DNA from: an uncultured Candidatus Rokubacteria bacterium
GTDB lineage: Bacteria; Methylomirabilota; Methylomirabilia; Rokubacteriales; CSP1-6
Length of the DNA: 64,000 nucleotides
Direction of reading: 5' to 3'
Assembly (NCBI GenBank): GCA_963789955.1
Contig: CAWBMV010000022.1
Location: forward strand, 320,001-384,000
Positions 10,111-19,900 of this stretch are shown here, one piece after another. How positions within the stretch are numbered: the first letter of the stretch is position 1; each line of letters opens with the position of its first letter. The notes beneath the pieces are model-generated. The model searched no databases, was not told where the DNA came from, and was given only the letters and a program-made list of their open reading frames with translations. Both the position numbers and the translations under genes were made by a program.

Positions 10111-10713
10111 TCATCGGACTCGACGCCGGCGCGAGCCGCCGGCCGTGCGCCGGCGGGTCTGCAGGGTCTTCAGCTCCGGGAGAATCTCGTGCTCGTAGAA
10201 CTCGAAGAAGCCCTTCTGGTCCCGGCCGACCTGATGGATGCAGATGTGGTCGTAGCCCGCGGCGGCGTACTTGCGGATGGCGGCCAGATGCTTGGCGGGA
10301 TCCGGACCGCACGTGACCGACTCCGCGACCTCGTCCTCGCTGACGAGCTTGGCGACCGCCTCGAAGTGCGTCGGGAGCGGCAGCTCCCAGGACAGACTGC
10401 TTTCCATACCCGACGTCGGCCACTGCTCGCGGGCGGTGCGGCGCGCCGTCGCTTCGTCCTTGGCCCAGCACACGGTGAGCTCGGCGTACCGAGGCTTGCC
10501 GGAACCGCCCGCCTTGTCGAAGGCGGCGAGGAGCGCGCGCTCGGGCTCCGTGCCGATCATGCCGTCGCCGAGGCGTGCGGCCTGCTCCGCGCCGCGCTTG
10601 CCGCCGACCGCCACCAAGAGCGGCGGCAGGGAATCGGGCAAGGTGTCGTGACGAACCAGATCGGCGGGGGACTGCTCCTCACTCGAGAGCTTGTAGCCGA
10701 GTGACACTGTCAT
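10111..10713 (-). pseudogene. F420-dependent LLM-class oxidoreductase (TIGR03557-like) with a large in-frame internal deletion
   Basis: MTVSLGYKLSSEEQSPADLVRH joins directly to DTLPDSLPPLLVAVGG..AARLGDG and ends with GYDHICIHQVG; only 200 aa and lacks the SDHFHPW segment expected after the N-terminus. Confidence 0.7.
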
Positions 10714-10723
10714 GAAGCCTCCC

Positions 10724-12541
10724 TCACTGGTCGCCGCGAGATACCCGCGCCGCGGCGTACCACTGGAAACCGATTTGTCGTCCGCCGCGAGCGCCCGCTC
10801 CGGCCTCGGCGTCAAGCGGAGTAGATCGCTCCGCGCCTGGCCCAGGCTGGTCACCACGTCGTCGGCGCCGGCCGCGCAGAGATCGGCGCGAAGCTGGGCC
10901 GAGCTGCTGCGGCCCCCAGCACCCGACGATGATCGTGGTCTCGGGACAGACGGCGCGCAGGCGCTTCACGAGATGGCGGGCGCGGCCGCTCTCTTCCAGC
11001 GAGCTCACGAAGATCGACGCGGGATTCATCGCCACGACCGCCGCGATCGTTTCCGAGATGAGCGCGCCGGCCGGCGCGATCTGCACCGCGTAGCCGTCCG
11101 CTTCGAGGAGCCGGTTCAGGGTCGTGAGCACCACGCAGTCGGCTTCGTCGCGAACCGGGCAGCCGGCGACGATCACCCGCTCGGGGGCCTCCTGGGTCGA
11201 GGTGTCTCGCACAGGCGGCGGCCCGTCGGTGATGGCGCGGTCGAGCACTGCGCGCGTCGTCTCGATCACGTGCGTGTACTCGGCGTCCGGTAGTTGCCCC
11301 ACCTCGTGGTCGTGACGGGCGCGGGCGAGCGCGGGGACCAGGATCCGGTCATAGGCGGCGAGGTCCGAGCCGGTCTTCGCCGCCTCGTGCACGAGCTCGG
11401 CCGCTTCCTGGTCGTCACCGGCCAGGACGCGCTGATAGAAGATGACGTGCTGGTCGAGACCGGGATCGTCTTCGACGAGGATTCCGATGAACTCGAGACC
11501 TTTGACCGTGTGCGAGAACACGACCAGCCACACGGTGAGCGGGATCGCGAGAGCCAGTCCGATCGGTCCCCAGAGCCACGACCAGAACGCGACCGAGATC
11601 AGGAGGGCGATCGACGCGACGCCCGCGCTCTTCGCGAAGAACAAGGGCTCGAGGACGAACGCGATGATGCTCTCCGAGACGGCGAAGAGCCCGACGATCA
11701 GCAGCGGCTTCACCCAGCCGTCGAAGACCGCCAGGCTCACCAGAATCGGTAGCCCGGCGGCCACCCACGCGCCCACGTATGGAATGAAGCGCAGCAATGC
11801 GGCCAGGGCGCCCCACGTCAGCGCGAACGGAAGCTCCAGCGTGAAGAGGCCGATCGCGATCGTGACGCCGAAGCTCGCGTTGAGCGCCGTCTGGGTGAGC
11901 AGATAGCGGCTGATGCGCTCTCCCGCCTCGTCGAGGGCGCGGGTGGTCTCGGCCAGCCGGTCGGAGCCGAAGAGCCGGACGATCCGCGCGCGCAGCTCGC
12001 GCTGTTGGATGAGCATGAAGGCCATCAGCACGAAGACGAAGACGGCGCCGCCGACCGGCTCGAGGATCTTCGCAATCTGCCAGAGCGAATTGGGCGAGGA
12101 CACGATCACCGGCAGCGGCTTCGTGGCCTGTGGATTCGTTCGCTCGATCTGCGCCATCACGTCGTGCGCCGTTTCCTCCACTTTCCGGAGCGCGCTGCCC
12201 CGGCCCATCCGCTGGACGTCGTTGATCTTGCGCGCGATGGTGGCCCGGTATTGCGGCAGGTCATCGGCCAGCACGGTGACCTGGCTGAAGAGCGCCCAGC
12301 CGAGCCCGACGGCCAGGAGGACCGTCAAGGCGAGGACGACGACGACGGCCGGAACCCGATGCAGTCCGGTTCGACGCAGGAGCGCGACCAACGGGCTCAA
12401 GAGGAATGTCAACAGAATGGCCAGCGCGATCGGAATGAACACGACGCGCGCCCAGTACAGACAGGCGATGGCGACGATCACGGCGCCGAGAACGACGAGG
12501 CGCGATGTCCGGGATGCGTCGACCGGCTTGAAGGGGCTCAC
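10724..12541 (-). CDS. AI-2E family transporter with a C-terminal B12-binding/receiver-like domain (frameshift near 10915)
   Basis: PIALAILLTFLLSPLV, LLRFIPYVGAW, WLWGPIGLALAIPLT; C-terminal FYQRVLAGD...IIVGCWG continues as AAGADDVVTSL in another frame. Confidence 0.85.
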   Translation of the reverse strand: MSPFKPVDASRTSRLVVLGAVIVAIACLYWARVVFIPIALAILLTFLLSPLVALLRRTGLHRVPAVVVVLALTVLLAVGLGWALFSQVTVLADDLPQYRATIARKINDVQRMGRGSALRKVEETAHDVMAQIERTNPQATKPLPVIVSSPNSLWQIAKILEPVGGAVFVFVLMAFMLIQQRELRARIVRLFGSDRLAETTRALDEAGERISRYLLTQTALNASFGVTIAIGLFTLELPFALTWGALAALLRFIPYVGAWVAAGLPILVSLAVFDGWVKPLLIVGLFAVSESIIAFVLEPLFFAKSAGVASIALLISVAFWSWLWGPIGLALAIPLTVWLVVFSHTVKGLEFIGILVEDDPGLDQHVIFYQRVLAGDDQEAAELVHEAAKTGSDLAAYDRILVPALARARHDHEVGQLPDAEYTHVIETTRAVLDRAITDGPPPVRDTSTQEAPERVIVAGCPVRDEADCVVLTTLNRLLEADGYAVQIAPAGALISETIAAVVAMNPASIFVSSLEESGRARHLVKRLRAVCPETTIIVGCWGPQQLGPASRRSLRGRRRRRGDQPGPGAERSTPLDAEAGAGARGGRQIGFQWYAAARVSRGDQ

Positions 12542-12563
12542 TCGCGACCGGGCCGCGGGTCCG

Positions 12564-12908
12564 TCACTGCACGCGAACCGCGAGGTTGTTCACGACGCCG
12601 GCGACATGCTTCACGCTGCGGGCGATCTGCTCCGCGCGGGTGCGCATCTCGGCGTCCTCGACCGTGCCCGTGAGATAGACGGTGCGCCGGTCGGTATCGA
12701 CGCCGATCTTCGTCAGAGTGGACATCTTCTCCGCCGCGAGCTTGGCCTTGACCTCACTGGTGATCGTGGCGTCGTCGACGTTTTCACCCGCGGTCTTGCC
12801 GGTCGTCGACGTACAGGCCGTGAGGACGACCGCGAGGAGGGCCACGAGCGTCATCGTGATCGTTGGCGTGAAGACATTCGTTGGCGTGAAGACATTGAGT
12901 CGGCGCAT
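12564..12908 (-). CDS. BON-domain (OsmY-like) lipoprotein
   Basis: LTAC lipobox, DDATITSEVKAKL, VYLTGTV, VAGVVNNL. Confidence 0.9.
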   Translation of the reverse strand: MRRLNVFTPTNVFTPTITMTLVALLAVVLTACTSTTGKTAGENVDDATITSEVKAKLAAEKMSTLTKIGVDTDRRTVYLTGTVEDAEMRTRAEQIARSVKHVAGVVNNLAVRVQ

Positions 12909-12971
12909 CTCTTCCGTTCTCCTTGGTCCGTGAATGCACGGGCCAGCGACAGCCCGATGACAGGTGAAGGG

Positions 12972-12986
12972 GCAATCCGTGTGCCA
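12972..12986 (-). promoter_or_regulatory. sigma54 (-24/-12) promoter for the BON operon
   Basis: Minus strand TGGCAC-ACGGA-TTGC, consensus GG-N10-GC. Confidence 0.8.
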
Positions 12987-13079
12987 GCACTGACACACGC
13001 TCGAAGTGGCGTCACCACGCGGAAACAATGCGAAAACGATGAAGGCTCGGTTGGGGAGTCTCGAACGGACCGCCGAGGC

Positions 13080-13106
13080 GCGCAAACCTACCAGGTAATT
13101 CTTACG
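13080..13106. promoter_or_regulatory. Tandem putative activator sites (GGTAA-N3-TTACC-like)
   Basis: GCGCAAACCTACC (13080) and GGTAATTCTTACG (13094), 14-bp period, about 100 bp upstream of the sigma54 site. Confidence 0.5.
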
Positions 13107-13170
13107 AGGCGGGGGCCGGGCGACCGCGGCGGCTTCCGGGAGCTGCCGCCGCGTGGTCGCCGGCACGAGA

Positions 13171-13341
13171 TCAGCGACCCTTCGCGTGGCCCTTGGCTTT
13201 GTGCTGCTTCATCACGGTGCGCGCCGCGACTTCCTTGGCGCGCCGGCCGTAGCGGCCGGACTTCTGGGCGGACTCCTTGATGTGCTCGTACTGGCGCCGC
13301 TCCTTCGAGCCGACGCCCTGCAAACGTCTCCCTCGCGGCAT
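13171..13341 (-). CDS. Small basic protein, 56 aa (RQYEHIKES...AARTV family)
   Basis: MPRGRRLQGVGSKERRQYEHIKESAQKSGRYGRRAKEVAARTVMKQHKAKGHAKGR*; strong SD GAGGAGG; below the ORF-track size cutoff. Confidence 0.75.
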   Translation of the reverse strand: MPRGRRLQGVGSKERRQYEHIKESAQKSGRYGRRAKEVAARTVMKQHKAKGHAKGR

Positions 13342-13380
13342 GTGCCCTCCTCTCGATGAAGCTGGATTGAAGCCGGTTGA

Positions 13381-13611
13381 TCAGTGCGTCGACGACTGGC
13401 GGATCGCGTCCTGCCCCGACTTGGACGCGGCGTTGACCTGGTCCTTCGTCGCGTCCAGCGCGTCCTCCGCCTTCTTGCCGACCGTGCGAATCATGTTGAC
13501 CGCGCTTCGGCGAACGCCCTTGGTCCGGCTTTCAGCGTATTCGCGGATCTCCTCGCCCCAGTACCAGACGGCGAAACCGCCGACGAGCGCTCCGAAAATG
13601 AATCGAAACAT
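13381..13611 (-). CDS. YtxH-like small membrane-anchored protein
   Basis: FIFGALVGGFAVWYW followed by an amphipathic helical tail; SD AAAGGAGG. Confidence 0.7.
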   Translation of the reverse strand: MFRFIFGALVGGFAVWYWGEEIREYAESRTKGVRRSAVNMIRTVGKKAEDALDATKDQVNAASKSGQDAIRQSSTH

Positions 13612-13671
13612 CGCCGTCCTCCTTTCGTGGTGTGAGGCCTCGTCGACCGAGGCGCCACGTCTGTGCGACCA

Positions 13672-13686
13672 GCAAGAGAAGTGCCA
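13672..13686 (-). promoter_or_regulatory. sigma54 promoter
   Basis: Minus strand TGGCAC-TTCTC-TTGC(T), perfect consensus. Confidence 0.85.
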
Positions 13687-13758
13687 CGGGTGACGCGTAT
13701 CGACGAGACGGAAATCCTGGGCGTGAACGGGCCTGCCTGAGCGCGCCCGGCCGCGAGC

Positions 13759-13785
13759 GTCGATTCTTACTCGGTAACTCTTACC
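13759..13785. promoter_or_regulatory. Tandem putative activator sites
   Basis: GTCGATTCTTACT (13759) and GGTAACTCTTACC (13773, perfect dyad), 14-bp period. Confidence 0.55.
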
Positions 13786-13792
13786 GTCCCGG

Positions 13793-15433
13793 TCATTTCT
13801 CCGCGTGCGGTTCCCCGCGGGCGGCGCGCGCCGCTTCGAGGTCGAACCCGGGCAGGATCGCCTTGAAGAAGGCGTTCTGAACCAGCCGAACGATCGCGGC
13901 CACGGTACCGACCTTGGGGTTGTCGATCCGGCCGAGCACCTCGGCCTTGGTGGCGACCTCCTCGCGCGGGCGATTCTTGAGGAGCTTCGCGACGCCGCCC
14001 ACGAGGCGCTCGTACATCTTGCGCGCCATCGTCTTGGACTGGTCCTGCCTCTTGTCGTAGACCTTCAGATCCTTGAACAAGCGGCTTGAGGTAGCCGGTG
14101 ATGACCCCGTCCTTCGCGTCGAGCTCGGAATAGAGAAAGAAGCGCCCCGCGGAGGTGTCGAAGCGGCCGTAGGCGCGGAAGAGGTCGTTCAAGGTGGTGA
14201 CGTCGACCTCCTCGACGCGCACCCCGATGCCGAAGCTCGGGCCGGCCCTGTCGGTTCTGAAGGTCGCGTCCGCCGTCGCGGCTCCGGAGCCCATGAAGGC
14301 GCCCTTGAGCTTGGCGACGGCGGTACCCTCGCTCTGCTGATTGCTGAGATTCGTCAACGTGCCGTCGGTGTCGGCGAGGAAGACGCGGTAGGACGGCGAC
14401 ACCGCTTTGTTGACGAAGCCGACCGTGCTGCGCGTGAGCCTGAGCTCGCCGATCTGCACGAGGAGGTCCGGCGCGTTGCTCGCCTGCTTGGCGGCGTCGG
14501 CGGCCTTGCCGCGCACCGCCTTCTCCGCGCCCGCGGTCGGCGCTGTGTGCACGTAGTCCACGTGGATCCCGTCGATCGCGGCGCGCGTCAGCCGTACCGT
14601 CTTGGTCTCCTGGGCGTATTCGACGTGTCCGTTCGCGGAGAGCACGCCTTTGTCCACCCAAAGGTTGTAGCGGTTCGTGATCGGCTTGAAGTAGTCGAGC
14701 TGAATGTCCGCGATGTCGATGTCGCCGCGAAACGTCGGATTCGGCTCCGCCAAGAAGTTGACCTGGCCGTCGGCTGACACGCGACCGGATTCGAACACAA
14801 CCGCCGAGAACCGCACGTCAGACGGGTAGGGACGCTTCACCGGGCGGTTGCGGATGTTGGTGGCGATCAGCTCGAGATCGCGAATGCGCAGCGGCTTGAA
14901 GGGGCCCTCGTCGACGTACGTCACGTCGCCCGCCGCGAATCTCGAAGTGGTTGATCCTGAGCGGGTAGATCGCCTGCAGCGCGTCTTGCCAGCCGCGCTC
15001 CTTCACCGGGGTCGGATCGGCGATCTCCTTGCGCGCCTGCGGCAGGTTCAGATAGACGGTCGGCTTGATCAGCTCCACGTCCCCGACGAGCTTTCCCGAG
15101 AGCAGCGCCCGCCAGTGGACGCTCGCGCTCAGACGCTCGATCCGCATGATCGCCGGGTCTGGGTGGGCGTCCTGGGTGACCACGACCTCGTAGAGATCGA
15201 GCGCGAACCCGAGCGGATGGAAATCGAGCTGGCCGATCCGTGCGGTGTACCCCTTGAGCGAGTGGTTCATCTTCGCTTCGGTGTACCGGCGCAGCGGCTC
15301 GTCGATCAGAGACGCGATCGTGTAGGCGAGGACCAGCAGGATCGCGATCGGGCACCCCGATTGCGATCCAGTGCCGGCGCGCGCCTCGAAGTCCGGCGCT
15401 CGTGATCGTCGAGAGCCTCGATTCCCTGTACAT
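13793..15433 (-). CDS. DUF748 (AsmA-like) domain protein, frameshifted
   Basis: TM anchor, YTARIGQLDFHPLG, SVHWRALLSG, GYLKPL|FKDLKVYD and LVQNAFFKAILPGF across frames; shifts near 15350, 14925 and 14080; ATG 15433. Confidence 0.75.
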
Positions 15434-15459
15434 GGCTTCCTGCCTCGCCGAGCAATTGA

Positions 15460-15474
15460 GCAAGAGATGTGCCC
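15460..15474 (-). promoter_or_regulatory. sigma54 promoter for the DUF748 gene
   Basis: Minus strand GGGCAC-ATCTC-TTGC(T). Confidence 0.7.
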
Positions 15475-15517
15475 GGCGCGAGCCATGGAAAAAGCGCGAG
15501 GCGAGAAGAACCGGTCC

Positions 15518-15530
15518 GGTAGAAATTACC
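15518..15530. promoter_or_regulatory. Putative activator site between divergent sigma54 promoters
   Basis: GGTAGAAATTACC. Confidence 0.45.
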
Positions 15531-15631
15531 TGCCCCGCCGTCGAGCCTGACCTCGAGCACACGGCGCCAAGATTTCGCAACTCCGTGTCGCGTCGCAAGT
15601 TTGTCACCGCGCCGGCGGTCTCGACGCGCCT

Positions 15632-15646
15632 CGGCACGCGCTTTGC
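15632..15646 (+). promoter_or_regulatory. sigma54 promoter pointing toward the DUF3185-like gene
   Basis: CGGCAC-GCGCT-TTGC. Confidence 0.65.
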
Positions 15647-15969
15647 CTGAGCACAAGACCGTGTGTATGGTCCGGCCCTCGCGAAGCACCGCACGCGAGA
15701 TGATTCGGCCGGAGGAGAGGCCCCACGGTGAAGGGCGGCGAGCAGAAGGACCGGATAGAGGACCGCGAGGACGCGAATCGTCACTGGCGTCAGCAGTCGC
15801 GTCACTGAGTTTCTCCCAACCAGCCGGAAAAACACAGCGTCCGGACGTCGCGACTCCGGGCGCATTGCATAGCGAGCTGGAGACCCCGACCCATGGCCGG
15901 GGTCTCCAGCTCGACGTTCGAAACCACCGTTCCAGCGAGACCAGCAAGGGGGGTGGAGACGTGCAAGCG

Positions 15970-16179
15970 ATGAAGATTCTCGCGATCGTCCTGATCATCG
16001 TCGGTGTGGTCGCGCTCGCCTACGAGGGGATTACCTACACGAAACGCGAAAAGGTGCTCGAGGTCGGACCCATCACGGCCACCAAGGAAACCAAGCAGAC
16101 CATTCCGCTGCCGCCGGTTCTCGGTGGGGCGGCGCTCGTCTGTGGCGTTGTCTTACTGATCGCCGCGGCGCGCCCGTAG
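15970..16179 (+). CDS. Small two-TM protein (DUF3185-like)
   Basis: MKILAIVLIIVGVVALAYEGITYTKREKVLEVGPITAT...IPLPPVLGGAALVCGVVLL. Confidence 0.75.
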   Translation: MKILAIVLIIVGVVALAYEGITYTKREKVLEVGPITATKETKQTIPLPPVLGGAALVCGVVLLIAAARP

Positions 16180-16190
16180 GGCGCGAAGCG

Positions 16191-16234
16191 ACCCGTCGAG
16201 AGCCGGCGGGACACCCGTCGAGAGCCGGCGGGAC
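16191..16234. repeat. Perfect 22-bp tandem duplication between convergent genes
   Basis: ACCCGTCGAGAGCCGGCGGGAC x2. Confidence 0.9.
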
Positions 16235-16287
16235 AAACGGCGGCGCGCGGCGCGCGCCGCCGTTTCTCATCCGCGTCCAGTCGAGGC

Positions 16288-16767
16288 TCAGGCGATCCGA
16301 CGTTGCGAGCTGGACCTGGTCTGGCGGGACGATTCCTTCGGCGGGTTCACGCCCATGCCGTGCACGAACACCAGCTCACCGCCGAACCAACCCGCCACAC
16401 CGAGCGCCGCCAGGCCGACAATCGACAAGCCGACCGGCAGAACGCCGATCGTGTCGATCCATCTCAGCCAGAAGCTCAGGCCGAAGATCGTGAGGGCGAT
16501 GAGATTGGCGACCATGTGGGTGACTCCGACCTGCCGCGCGCGCGCGTCCGTGATCGACAGGAAGTCGATGAACCCGGGAATCGCCGCGAGTAGCGCGCCG
16601 ACGATTCCGCCCCCGAGGGTGTAGAAGGCGACGTCCTTCCAGATCGCCCTGCCCCATCCGAGCTGAAAGATGAGGTCCGCGACGACGGAGAACACCCACA
16701 GACCGATGGGAAGGGCGACGAGCATGGGATGTACCGGATGCCGGCCAACACTGGCTGGGGTCGACAT
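16288..16767 (-). CDS. DUF2231 family membrane protein
   Basis: HPVHPMLVALPIGLW, AAIPGFIDF, HMVANL, GWFGGELVFVHG; SD AAAGGAG. Confidence 0.85.
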   Translation of the reverse strand: MSTPASVGRHPVHPMLVALPIGLWVFSVVADLIFQLGWGRAIWKDVAFYTLGGGIVGALLAAIPGFIDFLSITDARARQVGVTHMVANLIALTIFGLSFWLRWIDTIGVLPVGLSIVGLAALGVAGWFGGELVFVHGMGVNPPKESSRQTRSSSQRRIA

Positions 16768-16806
16768 GGAGGACTCCTTTCTCGAACGAGCTTGACCACC
16801 GCGAGT

Positions 16807-16822
16807 TGCAAAGCCGTTGCCG
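16807..16822 (-). promoter_or_regulatory. sigma54 promoter for the DUF2231 gene
   Basis: Minus strand CGGCAA-CGGCT-TTGCA; tandem motif AGTCGTTTTTACC (16864) / GGTAAGAACGGGG (16878) upstream. Confidence 0.65.
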
Positions 16823-16903
16823 AGTGGGATTGCCGGGAATAACCGACTGAAAACCTCGCGCCGAGTCGTTTTTACCGGGTAAGAACGGGGGGACTCGCAC
16901 CGG

Positions 16904-19900
16904 TCAGCCGAGCCAGACCCGTACCTGATGCGTGGCGCCGTCGTCGACCAGGGGCAGGGCGGCTTGCCCCGCGGCGGCCGGGACGCCGTCGATCTCCACG
17001 CGTGACACCCCACGGGTGACGCCGTGCGGGTTCTCGACCTGAACCTGGTAGCGCGAGGCGTGGTAGCGGAACGTGATCGAAAAGCCGCTCCACGTCCGCG
17101 GGATGCACGGGTCGATGAAGAGCGACGCGCCGCGGATCCGAAAGCCCAGGAGCCACTCGATTCCCGCGCGATACATCCAGCCGGCCGAGCCGGTGTACCA
17201 GGTCCAGCCGCCGCGTCCCGAATGCGGCGCCTCGGCGTAGACGTCACCCGCGACGACGTACGGCTCGACGCGATAGCGGTAGAGCCCGGCGCGCGTGCTC
17301 GTGTGGTTGATCGGGTTCAACAGCGCGAAGAGCTCGCCGGCGCGATCGCCGTCGCCGAGCGCGGCGAAGGCCATGATCGCCCAGATCGCCCCGTGCGTGT
17401 ACTGACCGCCGTTCTCCCTGATGCCCGGCGGATAGCCCTTGATGTAGCCGGGATCCCGGGAGCCGCGCACGAACGGTGGCGTGAAGAGCAGGACGATCGC
17501 CTGCTCGCGGTGGACCAGGTACTCCTCGACCGCGTTCATCGCGCGGGCGGCGCGGTGAGGGTCGGCGGCCTTCGAGAGCACGGCCCATGATTGGGCGATC
17601 GAGTCGATGCGGCACTCCGCGTTCTCGGCCGAGCCCAGCGGCGCGCCGTCGTCGAAGTATGCGCGGCGGTACCAGTCGCCGTCCCAGCCGGCGGCCTCGA
17701 GCGCGCGGCCGAGCGCCTGCAGGTGCTCGCGCCACACGCGTGCCCGTTGCGCCTCGCCCCGCGCTTCGGCGATCGGCGCCCACTCGGCGAGCGTGGCGTG
17801 AAGGAACCAGCCGAGCCAGACGCTCTCGCCGCGGCCCTTCGCGCCCACTCGATTCATGCCGTCGTTCCAGTCGCCCGTGCCCATGAGCGGCAGGCCGTGG
17901 CTCCCGACCGCCAGGCTCCGGTCGATCGCGCGCGCGCAGTGCTCGAAGAGCGACGCGTGCTGCGTCGACACGGTGGGCTCGAAGTAGGCCTCGAGGCTGT
18001 CGTCGGCCAGCACCGGACCTTCGATGAACGGGATCTGCTCGTCGAGGACCGTCGTGTCCCCGGTGACCGTCAGGTAGTGCGCCGTCGCAAAGGCGAGCCA
18101 GACCCGATCGTCGGAGATGCGTGTGCGCACGCCGCGCCCCGAGGGCGGATGCCACCAGTGCTGCACGTCGCCCTCGGGAAACTGGCGCGCCGCCGCGCGG
18201 CACAGGTGCGCGCGAGTGACGTCACGGGCCGCGGCGGTCAGGGCCATGACGTCCTGGAGCTGATCGCGAAAGCCGTACGCGCCGCTCGCCTGATAGAAGC
18301 CCGCGCGCGCCCACACCCGGCAGGCGAGGGCCTGATAGAGCAGCCAGCGATTGAGCATCAGATCGAACGATCGGTCGGGGGTCTTCACCAGGACCGCCGC
18401 CAGCAGGTCGTCCCATCGGGTCATGACGGTCCGGAGCACCGCATCGAGGTCGGCGGATCGATATCGCTGGACCATCGCGCGCGCCTCGTCGGCCGACGCC
18501 GTCTGCCCGAGGAAGACATCGACCTCCGCGCTGGCGCCCGCGGTGAGCATGACCGTGACCTGCATGGTGCCGCACGGATCCAGGCCCCCGCCGAGCCGGC
18601 CCGAGAGCCGCTCGCCGCGCTCGAGCGCATCCGGATGGTCGAGCGAGCCATTGCGGCCGAGGACCTCGGCGCGATCGCCGGTCCACGCGGTCTGGCTCCC
18701 CGAAAGATCGAGGAACGCGATGCGACCGGCGAAGTCGACGGTCCACGCGTTTCGCGCGAAGAGCGCGCCGGTCGCCTCGTCCAGCTCGGTCACGATATGG
18801 GGCGCGGTGGTCGCGCGCGCGGCGCCCAGCACCCATTCGACGTACGCGGTGACGGTGAGCCGCCGCGAGCGTCGCGAATGGTTGGTGATCTTCAGGCGCG
18901 AGATCTTCACCGGATCGTCGAGCGGCACGTACTGGGTGAGCTCCAGGGCGATGCCGTGTGAATCGTGGGCGAAGCGGCTGTAGCCGTGCCCGTGATGACA
19001 CTGGTACGACCACGCATCCTCGCGGATCGGCAGCAGGGTGGGCGTCCAGAGGCGGCCGCTTTCCTCGTCGCGCACGTACAGCACTTCGCCCGGCGGGTCG
19101 CTGACCGGGTCGTTCGACCACGGCGTGAGCTGATTCTCGCGGCTGTTGAGCGCCCACGTGTACCCGGCGCCCGACTCCGACACCTGGAAGCCGAGCTGCT
19201 CGTTCGCGATCACGTTGATCCACGGCGACGGCGTCCAGTGCCCTTCGTCGAGCACGATCGAGTACTCGCGGCCGTCCTCGACGAAGCCGCCGAGCTCGTT
19301 GTCGAACTCGCGGCGCGGCCGCGGCATCGGCGGCTCGGAGGCCGCCTCCCGGTCGGGGGACGGGCGCCGCTCGCGGCGCCTCGGCGCCGCCGCCGCGCGC
19401 TCGGCCCGGCCGACCTGCTCGGCCAGGGTGCCCAGGCGACTCAACAAGATTACGCGGGCCGCCGCCGCCAGACAGTCGCGCTCGCCGGCCGACAGGAGAT
19501 CGCCGCGCAGAACCACGATCGAGCCCTCCGGCGTCGCGCCGAGGGTCGGTCGCCCGGCGCGCACGAGCCCCTCGAGTGCGGCCTGCAGGTCTTGCAGATA
19601 GGACGGCGGCTTCTCGTTCAGGATCACGAGATCGACCGCGAGCCCCTTCATGCGCCAGTACTCGTGCGCGCGCAGGAGCTGCCGGACGATCTCGCGGTCC
19701 TCGATCTCGTCGATCCGGACCAGCACGATCGGCAGATCTCCCGAGATTCGATGCGCCCACAGGGCCGCGGGCCCGAGGGTGTTGCGCGCGAGGACCGCCG
19801 CCGGTGCGCGCAGCCGCGAATCGGTGTAGAGGATCCGGTTGGCGATCTGCTGGAAGAGGTGGGCTTCTTCCGGCGTGATGCTCAGGTGATGGAGCTGGAC

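Noticed and set aside
10111..12541. Possible AI-2E-LLM fusion after correcting the 10915 frameshift
   Set aside because: The LLM has its own SD (GAGGGAGG) and ATG, and with this indel rate a second error is equally likely; not supportable without reads.
12861..12897. 18-bp tandem duplication (NVFTPT x2) in the BON signal region
   Set aside because: Simple in-frame slippage duplication with no evident functional consequence.
15851..15870. TTGCA near the DUF3185-like gene as another sigma54 site
   Set aside because: No GG at the required position 10 nt upstream of the GC.
16191..16234. Direct repeat as a CRISPR remnant
   Set aside because: Only two adjacent copies, no spacer and no cas genes.
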